Shown here piece by piece: positions 8,956 through 18,901 of a stretch of DNA of 64,000 nucleotides. Within the stretch, counting starts at the first letter, position 1. Each line of letters opens with the position of its first letter. The translations under genes and the position numbers were made by a program. The notes beneath the pieces are model-generated. The model was not told the origin of the DNA, did not search any database, and saw only the letters and a program-made list of their open reading frames with translations. This DNA comes from a bacterium (GTDB lineage: Bacteria; Chloroflexota; Dormibacteria; Aeolococcales; Aeolococcaceae): positions 1,287 through 65,286 of the forward strand of contig JAJZLL010000062.1 of the NCBI GenBank assembly GCA_021803465.1. The letters run 5' to 3'.

Positions 8956-9681
8956 CTAGCGCATGTCATGCACGGGGAGGGGAAAGGACGATCCTGCCTC
9001 ATGGATCGCTTGCGTTTCCCCGCTGTGGAGTTCAATGGATCCCTTTCCGAGCACATGGGCAACACCCTGAGAGACAAACGCGCCCGTATCCTCATCGATG
9101 CCCATCCATAACTCTTGCCCTGTGCTGGAGAAGTTCTGGAGACGGTGCGGGAACAGTCTCCAGCGGTCAAAGTGGGGAAAAATGGCGTGCGGGACAAGGC
9201 CGAAGGCAGGTGTCCACTCAGGCTGCGCTGTGCTGTCCCTGAGGGACCGGAGATTTCTTGCGATGCTTCCTCCAAGGACCATGGCGCCAGCAGAGCTTCC
9301 TGCGAGGATGACACCTGTGCGCATGCGCGAAACTGTCTCATGCCAGAGAAGGGATCCATCAAGGGTGTCATGGAGGTAGTTGGGATCCCCTCCCGAGAGA
9401 TAGATGAGATCCACATGCTGGAGCACGTCGCACCAGGAAGGATCATCAGCCTCCTTTCTGGTGAATGCTGGAATGCCAGTGACATCGATGCCAAGACGTG
9501 CATAGTGATGTTCTGCCATCGTAATCCACTTCCTGGCATCGGATTCCTGTCCTGCAGCTGTGGGGATGACAGCAACGGAATGTACACCTGCCTCATCCCG
9601 CAGCATGATGTCGATCTGCAGCACAGCATCCGTGAATTCGCCTGACCCCATGAGCAGGAGTTTCAGCGGGGAGTCAGTCAC
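8956..9681 (-). CDS. peptidase S51 family protein (cyanophycinase / dipeptidase E-like)
   Basis: LLLMGSGEF, IYLSGGDPNYL and the nucleophile-elbow-like LAGSSAGAMVLG. Its GTG start overlaps the stop of the upstream aldo/keto reductase (GTGA). Confidence 0.7.
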   Translation of the reverse strand: MTDSPLKLLLMGSGEFTDAVLQIDIMLRDEAGVHSVAVIPTAAGQESDARKWITMAEHHYARLGIDVTGIPAFTRKEADDPSWCDVLQHVDLIYLSGGDPNYLHDTLDGSLLWHETVSRMRTGVILAGSSAGAMVLGGSIARNLRSLRDSTAQPEWTPAFGLVPHAIFPHFDRWRLFPHRLQNFSSTGQELWMGIDEDTGAFVSQGVAHVLGKGSIELHSGETQAIHEAGSSFPLPVHDMR

Positions 9682-10475
9682 AGGGTCCGCCTAGTGGTGC
9701 CATACGCATCAAGTTCATGCATCACGTCATCGCTGAGAGAGAAGCCGTAGACATCCGCATTGGCACGGATGTGCGCTTCCTGGGACGATTTCGGAATTAC
9801 AATGAAGTCGTGCTGCAGTGCCCACCGGATGAGTATCTGGGCTGGAGAAACGCTCAGCGACTCCGCGATGGCGAGAAGCCGTCCATCATCAAGATGCCTG
9901 CCACGCGTGAGTGGACTGTACGCCTCAATGGCAATGCCGTGGTCCTGGCAGTAGGTGATGAGGTCCCAGTTGCAGTGGTATGGGCTGAGATGGATCTGGT
10001 TCACCTGGGGAATGATGGAACAGGATTTCCGTATCGCCTCCAGATGGGAGATTCCGTGGTTGCTCACTCCAATGGCACGCACCTTCCCTTCCTTGAAGAG
10101 CCGCTCCATCCGTTTCCACGTGGGAACAACGAGAAGTGGAGGAGGAAAATGCACGAGATACAGGTCGATGACATCGATTCCCAGACGTGCCCTGCTAGCC
10201 TTGAAGGCTTGCTCGAGACGGAGTGCATCGACTGGGAAGAGCTTCGTTGTGATCCATACCTCGTCACGTGGCACGGAATGGTCCCGGACAGCAGCACCAA
10301 CACTGCGCTCATTCCGGTAGATCCGTGCTGTGTCAATATGCCGGTATCCAGCATCAAGCGCCCACTGGACTGCCCTGTAGGCAGGTTCGCCTTCAGGTAT
10401 CTGCCATACCCCGAGTCCCAGACGAGGCATGCGGGCACCGTTGTTGAGGGTGAGGGAGGAAGAGATGGTGAGCAT
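9678..10475 (-). CDS. aldo/keto reductase
   Basis: LNNGARMPRLGLGVWQ, GYRHIDTARIYRNE and IPKSSQEAHIRAN. Start trimmed to the ATG at 10475, because the longer ORF (to 10598) runs into tRNA-Gln. Confidence 0.85.
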   Translation of the reverse strand: MLTISSSLTLNNGARMPRLGLGVWQIPEGEPAYRAVQWALDAGYRHIDTARIYRNERSVGAAVRDHSVPRDEVWITTKLFPVDALRLEQAFKASRARLGIDVIDLYLVHFPPPLLVVPTWKRMERLFKEGKVRAIGVSNHGISHLEAIRKSCSIIPQVNQIHLSPYHCNWDLITYCQDHGIAIEAYSPLTRGRHLDDGRLLAIAESLSVSPAQILIRWALQHDFIVIPKSSQEAHIRANADVYGFSLSDDVMHELDAYGTTRRTL

Positions 10476-10566
10476 CGAGATGGGTGTCCTTCGGAATGGA
10501 GTCGGCACGTTCCCTTCTACGATACCGGGCTGTGGGGGGAAGCGTCTGTCAGGCAAAGGACACAGC

Positions 10567-10641
10567 TGGTTGGGGAGGCAGGATTCGAACCTGCGCATGG
10601 CGGATCCAAAGTCCGCTGCCTTACCGCTTGGCGACTCCCCA
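10567..10641 (-). tRNA. tRNA-Gln (anticodon UUG), CCA encoded
   Basis: The reverse complement folds by eye as UGGGGAG/CUCCCCA acceptor (U1-A72, typical of bacterial tRNA-Gln), D-arm GCCAAGCGGUAAGGC, anticodon loop CUUUGGA, and T-arm GCAGGUUCGAAUCCUGC. 75 nt. Confidence 0.9.
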
Positions 10642-10750
10642 GGGGAGATGGCGTATCGACCCCATGATACGGGTTTCCCCCCTGATCATCCATGCTGCAA
10701 TGCTCGCCCTTGCATCGTCCGGGGTGGGGAACTTCGTATACTCGCATCAC

Positions 10751-12184
10751 ATGGCACTGTCGTCACTGCGCACTGTGATCCTCGCTGCCGGGCAGGGAAC
10801 CCGTCTCCGGAGCTCGACTCCGAAGGTGCTCCATGCCCTTGCGGGGAGACCTGTCCTTTCGTATGTGCTCGATGCTGCACACGGGGTGAGCGCTGATCCA
10901 CCGCTTGTGGTGGTGCATCCCTCCCATCAGGAAGTCCAGGCGTTCGTCGAGGCTTCAGGCGGTATTCCCGTACCACAGAGGGAATCCCGGGGAACAGGGG
11001 ATGCAGTGCGGTCAATACCAGAAGAGTTCCGGCATGCGGACACCTTCGTCGTGCTGAGTGGAGACACGCCTCTGGTGACGGGCGACACTGTGAGGAACAT
11101 CATAGACAGGCATGCAGCAACTGGGAACGCTGCAACAGTAGCCACCTTCCGGCTTCGCGGGATGAACTCCTACGGGAGGATTGAACGGGATCCCCAGAAC
11201 GGCACGGTGTGCGGCATCCGCGAGGCCAGGGACAGGGGAGAGGAGTCGGGAAATGAGGAGCATGAATACAATGCTGGCCTCTACTGCTTTGCCTCGGACC
11301 ATCTCTTTGCAGCCCTTGAGAAGCTCACACCTGACAATGCGCAGGGTGAGTACTATCTCTCGGACGTGATTGGTCTCCTTGTTCCGCATGGTGTGGGAAC
11401 GTTCGTTCTCGACGATGCTGAGGAACTTGCAGGCATCAATGACCAGAGGGACTTTGCAAAGGTTGAGCAGGTGATGAGAAGCAAGATCGCTGACCGGCTC
11501 ATGGATGGCGGTGTGCACCTCGTGGATCCTGCCACAACGTACTGCGACTGGGATGTTCACGTTGATGCTGGGACGACCATCCAGCCAGGGTGCGTCATTC
11601 AGGGAAAGACGACCATTGGAGCTGGCTGCAGGATCGGACCCTATGCCCAGCTCAGGGACATGCTTGTCGGTTCTGGCTGCTCGATCGGAAGCTCCACGCT
11701 TGAGGAATCGAAGCTTGGTGCAGGAGTGACAGTTGGCCAGTACTGCAGAGTGCGTACAGGCTGCACGATTGATGACAGCGTGTATCTCGGGACTGCGGCC
11801 GAGGTGAAGAACGCCCATATTGGCGCGAGGAGCTTCATCAGCCACTTCTCCTGTGTGCTCGATGCGGAAGTGGGGACTGATGTCAATGTGGGGGCAGGCA
11901 CTGTGACCTGCAACTTTGACGGGACGTCAAAGCATCGTACAATCATGGGAGACGGAGCATTCATCGGGAGTGACAGCATTCTCGTCGCTCCGTGCGTCAT
12001 CGGGAAGCATGCGTATGTGGGAGCCGGTTCAGTGATCACCCATGATGTTCCTGATGATGCGCTCGCAGTAGAGCGGAACCAGCAGCGGAATGTCGATGGC
12101 TGGGCACTTCGGAGAAGGGCGCACATGAGCATCCAGGACCAAGGGACGATCCCCTCACCCACACCACTGGAGCCATCATCATGA
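10751..12184 (+). CDS. glmU: bifunctional UDP-N-acetylglucosamine pyrophosphorylase / glucosamine-1-phosphate N-acetyltransferase
   Basis: VILAAGQGTRLRSSTPKVLH nucleotidyltransferase motif and C-terminal left-handed beta-helix hexapeptide repeats. Start trimmed to the ATG at 10751, because the longer ORF crosses the tRNA. Confidence 0.9.
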   Translation: MALSSLRTVILAAGQGTRLRSSTPKVLHALAGRPVLSYVLDAAHGVSADPPLVVVHPSHQEVQAFVEASGGIPVPQRESRGTGDAVRSIPEEFRHADTFVVLSGDTPLVTGDTVRNIIDRHAATGNAATVATFRLRGMNSYGRIERDPQNGTVCGIREARDRGEESGNEEHEYNAGLYCFASDHLFAALEKLTPDNAQGEYYLSDVIGLLVPHGVGTFVLDDAEELAGINDQRDFAKVEQVMRSKIADRLMDGGVHLVDPATTYCDWDVHVDAGTTIQPGCVIQGKTTIGAGCRIGPYAQLRDMLVGSGCSIGSSTLEESKLGAGVTVGQYCRVRTGCTIDDSVYLGTAAEVKNAHIGARSFISHFSCVLDAEVGTDVNVGAGTVTCNFDGTSKHRTIMGDGAFIGSDSILVAPCVIGKHAYVGAGSVITHDVPDDALAVERNQQRNVDGWALRRRAHMSIQDQGTIPSPTPLEPSS

Positions 12185-13149
12185 ATATCGGAAATCCGTA
12201 CGGCGAACTCATGCTGCTGGCAGGGAGTGGCAACCACATTCTGGGTGAGCGCATCGCAGCAGAGCTTGGAGTGGAACTGGCTCCGCTTGAGGTTGCCCAT
12301 TTTGCGGATGGTGAACTCAACATCAAGATCTCTGAATCCGTGCGTGGCTATGATGTCTTTCTCATCCAGCCCACCTGCTTTCCTGTCAATGAGAACTACA
12401 TGGAACTCTTTCTCGTGCTCGATGGACTGCGACGGGCATCCGCATCACGGATCACGACAGTCATGCCCTACTACGGGTATCAGAGGAAGGAGAAGAAGAC
12501 GCAGCCACGGGACCCCATCAGTGCGAAGCTAGTGGCAAACGTCATCGAGCTTGCGGGTTCCAACCGTGCAATGCTCGTGGATGTGCATGCTGAGGCGATT
12601 CAGGGCTTCTTCGACATTCCCGTGGACCATCTCACTGCAGTGAAGACACTAGCCCAGCATGTGCGTGAGCGCCATGCGGGGAGTCCCATCACCGTTGTCT
12701 CACCTGATGCTGGTGGTGCTCAGCGCGCAAGGACGCTTGCGAAGCATCTCGAGGCGCCCATCGCCATGATTGACAAGCGCCGTCCACGGGATGATGTCGT
12801 TGAGGTGGTGTCCGTTGTCGGCGATGTGGATGGCAAGGCCTGCGTGGTCATCGATGACCTCATTTCCACAGGTTCGACACTGATGAACGCAGCACGTGCG
12901 CTCAAGGAGCACGGTGCGAAAACGGTTGATGTGGTGGCAACGCACGGTGTATTTTCAGATGGAGCCCTCCAACGGCTCCATGAATCACCCATAGACGAGA
13001 TCTGCATTACGGACACAGTACCCTTGCGGGGCGGACCGATCAGCCCCGACGATTTTCCACGGCTCCGCGTCCTCTCCGTTGCACCGCTTCTTGCTGAGGC
13101 AATTGTGCGAGTGCATGAAGGTCGCAGTGTCAGTGAACTAGTGAGATAG
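12181..13149 (+). CDS. prs: ribose-phosphate pyrophosphokinase
   Basis: FADGELNIKISESVRGYDVFLIQ and the PRPP-binding loop VVIDDLISTGSTL. ATGA overlap with the glmU stop. glmU-prs is a conserved gene pair. Confidence 0.92.
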   Translation: MNIGNPYGELMLLAGSGNHILGERIAAELGVELAPLEVAHFADGELNIKISESVRGYDVFLIQPTCFPVNENYMELFLVLDGLRRASASRITTVMPYYGYQRKEKKTQPRDPISAKLVANVIELAGSNRAMLVDVHAEAIQGFFDIPVDHLTAVKTLAQHVRERHAGSPITVVSPDAGGAQRARTLAKHLEAPIAMIDKRRPRDDVVEVVSVVGDVDGKACVVIDDLISTGSTLMNAARALKEHGAKTVDVVATHGVFSDGALQRLHESPIDEICITDTVPLRGGPISPDDFPRLRVLSVAPLLAEAIVRVHEGRSVSELVR

Positions 13150-13176
13150 CGGCATTACTGCCCAACAACAAACTGT

Positions 13177-14610
13177 ATGCTACCCCTTCTGATTCTCTTA
13201 GTCGCAGGAATCGTCATTGCTGCATTTGCTGCAATGGCTGAGACTGCGCTCACGAGCGTGAGCAGGCTCCATGTGCGGAGCCGTGCAGAAGCGGGCGAAG
13301 CGCGGGCAAAACGGCTTGCAGCTCTCTTCGACAAGCCAAACGCGTACCTGTCGACCATTCTCACAATCAACACGGTTGCTGTCATTGTCGCTTCAACATC
13401 AGTCACCCTGCTCCTCCTTCCGTATGCGAAGAAGTTTCCCGAGGTGCTTGGCACCATTGTGCTGTCCATCTTTGTGCTCACCTTCTGCGAGATTGTCCCG
13501 AAGGCCCTCGCCCTCCGGTTCAGCGAGCGGCTTGCACTGTCTTTCGCACGGCCAGTGGGCTTCCTCACCACTGTCCTCCGTCCCATTGTGGGGGGGCTCA
13601 CTGCTGTGGGGACGCTGTTTGTGCGGGTGGCTACCCGTGGAAATGATGTGCGCGGACCCTTCATCACTGAGGATCAGCTCAAGGTGCTCCTGGATGTGGG
13701 ACAGCAGGAAGGAGTGGTGCAGGAGGAGGAGCGTGCGATGATCCACGGCATTCTCGAGATGACGGACAAGTCCGTCCGGGAATGCATGATCCCCCGCATC
13801 GATGTCATCGGCATCGAATCGGACAAGAACGTGAAGGATGTCATTGCCCTCATCATCGAGTACGGACATTCACGCATTCCCATCTATGAGGACACGATTG
13901 ACAACGTCATTGGTGTCGTCTATGCGAAGGACCTCCTGCAGCATGGCATCCGGAGTGACACGAACATCAGCCTCAAGGAACTCTCGAGAAAACCGTACTT
14001 CACACCAGATTCGAAGCATGTGGGGGAGCTTCTCCATGAGATGCAGTCCCGCTCAGTGCACATTGCCATCGTGGTCGATGAATATGGCGGGACTGCGGGA
14101 ATCATCACCATTGAGGATGTCATCGAGGAGATAGTCGGGCCCATCCGTGACGAGTACGACACGGAGGAGGTTGAGGATGTCCAGTTCATTTCCGACACGG
14201 AAGTGCTCGTCAATCCGAGGATGCCTGTTGGTGAGCTTGAGGAGGCGCTTGCACTCCACATTGGCGACGTTGATGCGGACTCCATAGGGGGCTTTGTGTA
14301 CGCATCCCTTGGTGAGATACCCAAGGTTGGGGACATTGTCACGGTGGGAGAGGCTACGATCCATGTTGATGCTGTACGGCGTCAGAGCATCCAGCGGCTG
14401 CGCATCACCAGTCCAACTTCTCTCCTGAAGGAACGGGCAACCCACCTTGAGGAGGAGATCGAAGGAACACATGTCGAGGGCCATGGAGAGCTCAGGGTGG
14501 AAAGCCCCGATGGACATCACCGGGATGGCCATGAGCGTGCTGGTGAGGGAAAGCCGGACGAGAGCTCGGACGAGGCATCCCAGCAAGCTCCACATGCAGG
14601 AGAAAAGTGA
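13177..14610 (+). CDS. CNNM/CorC-type hemolysin family protein (DUF21-CBS-CorC_HlyC)
   Basis: N-terminal 4-TM DUF21 region, a CBS pair (MIPRIDV..., ..VHIAIVVDEYGGTAGIITIEDVIEEIVG) and a CorC_HlyC domain. It has an acidic, His-rich C-terminal extension. Confidence 0.85.
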   Translation: MLPLLILLVAGIVIAAFAAMAETALTSVSRLHVRSRAEAGEARAKRLAALFDKPNAYLSTILTINTVAVIVASTSVTLLLLPYAKKFPEVLGTIVLSIFVLTFCEIVPKALALRFSERLALSFARPVGFLTTVLRPIVGGLTAVGTLFVRVATRGNDVRGPFITEDQLKVLLDVGQQEGVVQEEERAMIHGILEMTDKSVRECMIPRIDVIGIESDKNVKDVIALIIEYGHSRIPIYEDTIDNVIGVVYAKDLLQHGIRSDTNISLKELSRKPYFTPDSKHVGELLHEMQSRSVHIAIVVDEYGGTAGIITIEDVIEEIVGPIRDEYDTEEVEDVQFISDTEVLVNPRMPVGELEEALALHIGDVDADSIGGFVYASLGEIPKVGDIVTVGEATIHVDAVRRQSIQRLRITSPTSLLKERATHLEEEIEGTHVEGHGELRVESPDGHHRDGHERAGEGKPDESSDEASQQAPHAGEK

Positions 14611-15377
14611 CTGCTCGGACTGGAGTGACGGACGAGGCGATCGTGCTCCGGAGGGTGGACTATGGTGAAGCGGACAGGGTGCTCACGCTCCTGACCAAGG
14701 AGAGGGGAAAGCTTGGTGCCCTTGCCAAGGGCGCACGGAAACCATCAAGTGCCCTGAGCACTGTAACTGACCTCTTTGTCCATGGGCGCTTCCAGCTTGT
14801 CCCTGGTCGCGGAGATCTCGAGATCGTGACGCACGGAGAAGTGCTTGGGACACGGGAACCTGGGCAGCCGTATGATGTCCTTCTTGGTGCTGGCGCATGC
14901 GCAGAGGTGGTGGACCGGCTCATGGTTGACCGCTTTCCAGATCCAGGAGCCTTCCTACTTGTCGCAAGTGCACTGGATGTGCTGTGGAGCAGGGCCAGGC
15001 CACCTGCAGCATCCGTCGCATGGTGTGGTCTCTCGCTACTCGTCCATCTTGGATACGCTCCCATTCTCGACCGCTGCGTGCGATGCCACGAGGTCCTTTC
15101 TGCACGGACATCGTGGTATGCAGCCCGTTTAGGCGGGCTCGTATGTGACAGCTGCCATGCTGCTGCACCAGGCGGGTTTCCCGTTGATGTGCGAACACAG
15201 AAGCTGCTTCGACTCATTGCAAAGGGTGATGCAGCAACATTTTTCCGTGTGCGCACGGATGACATTGTGACAGTGCAGCTGCTGGATGTCCTCACTGATG
15301 CGCTTGAGGAACATCTCCACAGCGCTCTGCATGCACTGCCCATGCTCAGGGCACGGCTTCCACGCATGCATGCGTAG
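14607..15377 (+). CDS. recO: DNA repair protein RecO
   Basis: N-terminal OB-fold signature AIVLRRVDYGEADRVLTLLTKERGKLGALAKGARK and the zinc motif CVRC...CDSC. GTGA overlap with the upstream stop. Confidence 0.85.
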   Translation: MTARTGVTDEAIVLRRVDYGEADRVLTLLTKERGKLGALAKGARKPSSALSTVTDLFVHGRFQLVPGRGDLEIVTHGEVLGTREPGQPYDVLLGAGACAEVVDRLMVDRFPDPGAFLLVASALDVLWSRARPPAASVAWCGLSLLVHLGYAPILDRCVRCHEVLSARTSWYAARLGGLVCDSCHAAAPGGFPVDVRTQKLLRLIAKGDAATFFRVRTDDIVTVQLLDVLTDALEEHLHSALHALPMLRARLPRMHA

Positions 15378-15412
15378 TGCATGCGCATGTCCTTGGTAGA
15401 CTAGAGGGCACA

Positions 15413-16825
15413 ATGCACACTTCAGCACCCTCTGACGACCGCTCCCGTATCGACACCATCGTCTCGCTGTGCAAGCGGCGGGGCTTCGTGTTTCCCTCAA
15501 GTGAGATCTATGGGGGCATCAATGCGCTCTATGACTTCGGTCCCATTGGCACACGGCTGCGGAGAAATATCCGCAACTCGTGGTGGCGGTACATGGTCGA
15601 GAGCCGCGATGATGTGGAGGGAATTGAGACATCCGTCATCATGAATCCCCGGGTGTGGGAAGCGAGTGGCCATGTCCAGAACTTCACGGATCCTCTTGTC
15701 GACTGTCTTGGAAAGTGCAAGAAGCGGTGGCGCGAGGACCATCTTGAGGATGAGCGGAGGGCTCGGAAGCTTCCAGAAGGGAGCACTGGGTGTCCCGAGT
15801 GCGGTGGCGACCTCACTCCTGCACGGCAGTTCAACCTCATGTTCAGGAGCTATCTTGGTCCAGTTGAGGACTCCGCAGCCCAGGTGTGGCTCCGTCCGGA
15901 GACTGCGCAGGGGATGTTTGTCAACTTTGCGAATGTGGTGACAACCTCCCGTGCCCGCGTTCCATTTGGGATAGCACAGATCGGGAAGGGATTCCGGAAC
16001 GAGATTTCTCCTGGAAACTTCATCTTCCGCTCCCGCGAGTTCGAGCTCATGGAAATGGAGTTCTTCTGTGAACCAGGCACGGACGACGAATGGTACGCCT
16101 TCTGGAAGAAGTACCGGTTCGACTGGTATCTCGATGAACTTGGAATCCAGGAGTCCCATCTCCGCATCCGTGAGCATGAGAAGGCGGAACTCTCCCATTA
16201 CAGTTCCGGAACATCCGACATTGAATATGCCTTCCCGTTCGGGTGGGGTGAGCTCGAGGGTGTTGCATGCAGAACGGACTATGACCTCACGACCCACCAG
16301 AAGATGAGTGGCAAGGATCTCAGCTACTTCGATCCGAAGAAGGAGATCCACTATGTGCCCCATGTCATCGAGCCTGCAGTGAGCGTGGACCGCATCTTCC
16401 TCACTGTCCTTGTCGATGCCTATGAGGAGGAGCAGGTGAACGGTGAGGAGCGTGTTGTGCTCCGGCTCCATCCGGATCTCGCTCCCTACCAGGTCGCAGT
16501 GCTCCCCCTGTCAAAGAATGAGCAGCTCATGCAGGAGGCGCACTCCATTGAGAAGTCGCTTCGCGGGACGTTCGCAACCGCCTACGACGATACGCAGAGC
16601 ATTGGGAAGCGCTACCGGCGTCACGATGAGATTGGCACGCCTCTTGCCGTGACTGTCGACTTCGACACGCTTGTGGACCATGCAGTCACGATCCGCAACC
16701 GCGATACGATGACGCAGGATCGCGTTGCCATTGCGGATCTTTCCCATGCCATTGGGGACCATCTTGGCAGGGCACGTCGAGACAGCAGGGCAAGGGCGCA
16801 CAGGAACGCATCTTCCCAGCAGTAG
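15413..16825 (+). CDS. glyQS: glycine--tRNA ligase (dimeric class II type)
   Basis: CKRRGFVFPSSEIYGG...YDFGPIG, FRNEISPGNFIFRSREFELMEMEFF, and a C-terminal anticodon-binding domain. ATG at 15413 with GAGGG upstream. Confidence 0.9.
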   Translation: MHTSAPSDDRSRIDTIVSLCKRRGFVFPSSEIYGGINALYDFGPIGTRLRRNIRNSWWRYMVESRDDVEGIETSVIMNPRVWEASGHVQNFTDPLVDCLGKCKKRWREDHLEDERRARKLPEGSTGCPECGGDLTPARQFNLMFRSYLGPVEDSAAQVWLRPETAQGMFVNFANVVTTSRARVPFGIAQIGKGFRNEISPGNFIFRSREFELMEMEFFCEPGTDDEWYAFWKKYRFDWYLDELGIQESHLRIREHEKAELSHYSSGTSDIEYAFPFGWGELEGVACRTDYDLTTHQKMSGKDLSYFDPKKEIHYVPHVIEPAVSVDRIFLTVLVDAYEEEQVNGEERVVLRLHPDLAPYQVAVLPLSKNEQLMQEAHSIEKSLRGTFATAYDDTQSIGKRYRRHDEIGTPLAVTVDFDTLVDHAVTIRNRDTMTQDRVAIADLSHAIGDHLGRARRDSRARAHRNASSQQ

Positions 16826-16837
16826 TATGGGAATGCA

Positions 16838-16870
16838 CGTACAGGAACGAGCATGACTCATTCCTGTACG
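16838..16870. terminator. hairpin between convergent glyQS and C1 peptidase genes
   Basis: CGTACAGGAA, a 13-nt loop, then TTCCTGTACG (10-bp perfect stem). No clear U-tract. Confidence 0.4.
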
Positions 16871-16893
16871 CATCTTCCCAGATCCGAGTCGAG

Positions 16894-17658
16894 CTAGAGC
16901 ACAGGCTCAGTGCGGATTGTCCAGAAATCCGTGGCAAGATTCGTGTCAAGCACGTAGGAGTACGGGATGTATCCGTACCCGCCATCGCCCCAGCCTTCAC
17001 CCCAGGAGTTCCGCATAATGAACTGCTGCGTGATGTCGTTGTAACCAACAATTGTTGCAGCATGTCCACCAAGAAGCATGTCGACATCCCGTGGAAGCGG
17101 GATGCTTCCCGAGTGGGACACCCGGTCCGACTCCATGTTTGAGAAGACGCTGAAGCCGAAGACGAAGGGATACCCTTCTGAGAGGCACCGCTTCATGGAA
17201 TGGAGCGACTGGGGAAGCCGGTAGTACACAAACCGTGGAGGTGCAGTTTCAGGCACGCTCTTTGGTGGCTTTGCAGTCGAAGCGTCCCAGACATCGCACG
17301 TGGTGACACCCTCACGGTGGAGAAGCTTGAGTCCTGTGCGGAACTGGGCTCCCACATCATGGGGAGAGGTTCCCTCTTCCTCACGCTGCTGCCAGTAGAG
17401 GTGCATTGCGGAAGGGTTCTCGAGAAGCTTCGTGTCCGTTGCTTCACGCTGATACTGGAACAGCGAAAGAAGCGCGTATGCAGTGCATGCCGCGGACTCT
17501 CCCTGATCACTGACAGGGGGGCAGGCGTCACGGAGATCGATCACCGTTGGCGTGTCCCAGGCGGATGGCATTGTTGGATAGGAGAAGTCGCGTGGGTCTG
17601 GAAGATCTCGGCGCCACCCATACCGAGCAATTGTAAGACCGTGAAGTTGCGTAGCCAT
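16894..17658 (-). CDS. papain-like (C1 family) cysteine peptidase, no obvious signal peptide
   Basis: Catalytic-type motifs: DQGESAACTAYA (Cys), GGHAATIVGYN (His), NSWGEGWGDGGYGYI (Asn/Trp). The start is uncertain (ATG 17658 or TTG 17682). Confidence 0.75.
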   Translation of the reverse strand: MATQLHGLTIARYGWRRDLPDPRDFSYPTMPSAWDTPTVIDLRDACPPVSDQGESAACTAYALLSLFQYQREATDTKLLENPSAMHLYWQQREEEGTSPHDVGAQFRTGLKLLHREGVTTCDVWDASTAKPPKSVPETAPPRFVYYRLPQSLHSMKRCLSEGYPFVFGFSVFSNMESDRVSHSGSIPLPRDVDMLLGGHAATIVGYNDITQQFIMRNSWGEGWGDGGYGYIPYSYVLDTNLATDFWTIRTEPVL

Positions 17659-17862
17659 GTGTGTATTGTGAGGACTTCCCAAAGTCTTTGCCTAGCCTCC
17701 CAGCACCGTTTTTCCGCTTTGGGTGCCGTCTGTCCGTCCCGGATGCGATGTAGGCTGCAGTGCACCATGGCAGCACCAGTGTGACAAACCACCAGCAGCA
17801 GAGAACTCCAGACTGAACTGCGCGTATGCTCGTGGTGCATCGATGACAGCCCCCCTTGCGTC

Positions 17863-18243
17863 ATGAAGCGAACACTCCTCATCAATCTCATTCCACTCAT
17901 ACCTGCAGCAGTCCTCCTCATTGCTGGCACTGCGTGCATGGTCAGTTTCTTCCAGACAGCCGGACTGGTGAACAATCCAACGCCGTATACAATCCTCGTC
18001 ACGGGCCGGATTTTCTCTGAGGAGCATGCAATTCCTCTACTTTCGGGAAGTGCTGTCTACCTTCCACCCGGAGACTACCGGACCACGGTGGAATCGTCTT
18101 CGTTCCGTGCCCGCGAGGGATGCGGGGCTTGGAAAATTGAGACCACATACTATGGCCAGTCGCTGTCCAATGACCAGAAGTTCACAATGCATCCAGGAAG
18201 CAGGATAGTACTTCGATGTCTCAGAGTCTCTGGGCCGAAATGA
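17863..18243 (+). CDS. hypothetical small membrane-anchored protein
   Basis: This is the only sizeable ORF in the gap. It has an N-terminal hydrophobic helix (LLINLIPLIPAAVLLIAGTACMV) but no convincing RBS. Confidence 0.4.
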   Translation: MKRTLLINLIPLIPAAVLLIAGTACMVSFFQTAGLVNNPTPYTILVTGRIFSEEHAIPLLSGSAVYLPPGDYRTTVESSSFRAREGCGAWKIETTYYGQSLSNDQKFTMHPGSRIVLRCLRVSGPK

Positions 18244-18385
18244 GAAGCCAACGTTTCATCATGCAGCAGTCCATCCACACTTGGCAGTCGAGGGAAGTCT
18301 CCTGCTGATCAGAGCCATCAAGCGACATCTGCGCAAGCGCGCAGCGCCATCCAGTAGTCAGGGATTCACGGAGAAGCCATTTTTC

Positions 18386-18901
18386 TCAACGCGCTGCTTG
18401 AATATACGTCATGGCCTGTTCAACGAGCGTGTCAGGACTGTTGACTGAATCGAGCGTAAGGTGCTGTTCCTGCCACGGCTCATACTCACGCTTCCTTTCC
18501 TGGACACGTTCCCATGTGATCTCGGACATGCCAGGAATGTTGCGCACGCGCTTCTCAATCCGCTGCCTGTGGAGCACCTCATTGCTGCAGACCACTTCAA
18601 TGACATCCATCGGCACTGCATTGTCTGCAGCGACATTGCGCCACATTTGCCGTGCAGGCTCCACTGGGCTGACAGCGTCGATGATGACCGAGTGTCCCAA
18701 TTTCACGTGCTCACCAGCGAGCGCAGCCACGATTTCATATGCAGCGATGCCAGTCGCATCCCTGCTGATGCCGCTCCGCCACATCGCGGCTTCAATCGGG
18801 TCTATGGACAATATGGGGAGCGACAGCTTCCGCGACAGTCCTTCAGCAACAGTACTTTTCCCAGATCCTGGCAGGCCCGATATGACAATGAGTGTCTGCA
18901 T
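18386..18901 (-). CDS. P-loop AAA-type kinase family protein
   Basis: Walker A ISGLPGSGKSTVAE at the N-terminus. Its size and layout resemble small-molecule or nucleotide kinases (AAA_33-like). Substrate unknown. Confidence 0.7.
   Translation of the reverse strand: MQTLIVISGLPGSGKSTVAEGLSRKLSLPILSIDPIEAAMWRSGISRDATGIAAYEIVAALAGEHVKLGHSVIIDAVSPVEPARQMWRNVAADNAVPMDVIEVVCSNEVLHRQRIEKRVRNIPGMSEITWERVQERKREYEPWQEQHLTLDSVNSPDTLVEQAMTYIQAAR

Noticed and set aside
10476-10750. N-terminal extensions of the aldo/keto reductase ORF (MRRFESCLPNQL...) and of the glmU ORF across this interval
   Set aside because: Both extensions read through tRNA-Gln on one strand or the other. RFES/GRIRTC-type peptides are the usual translation artefact of a T-arm. 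Conserved protein cores begin at the downstream ATGs.
15378-15412. Looked for a T-box leader upstream of glyQS, as found in many Firmicutes
   Set aside because: Only 35 nt separate the recO stop from the glyQS ATG, so there is no room for a T-box element of roughly 200 nt.
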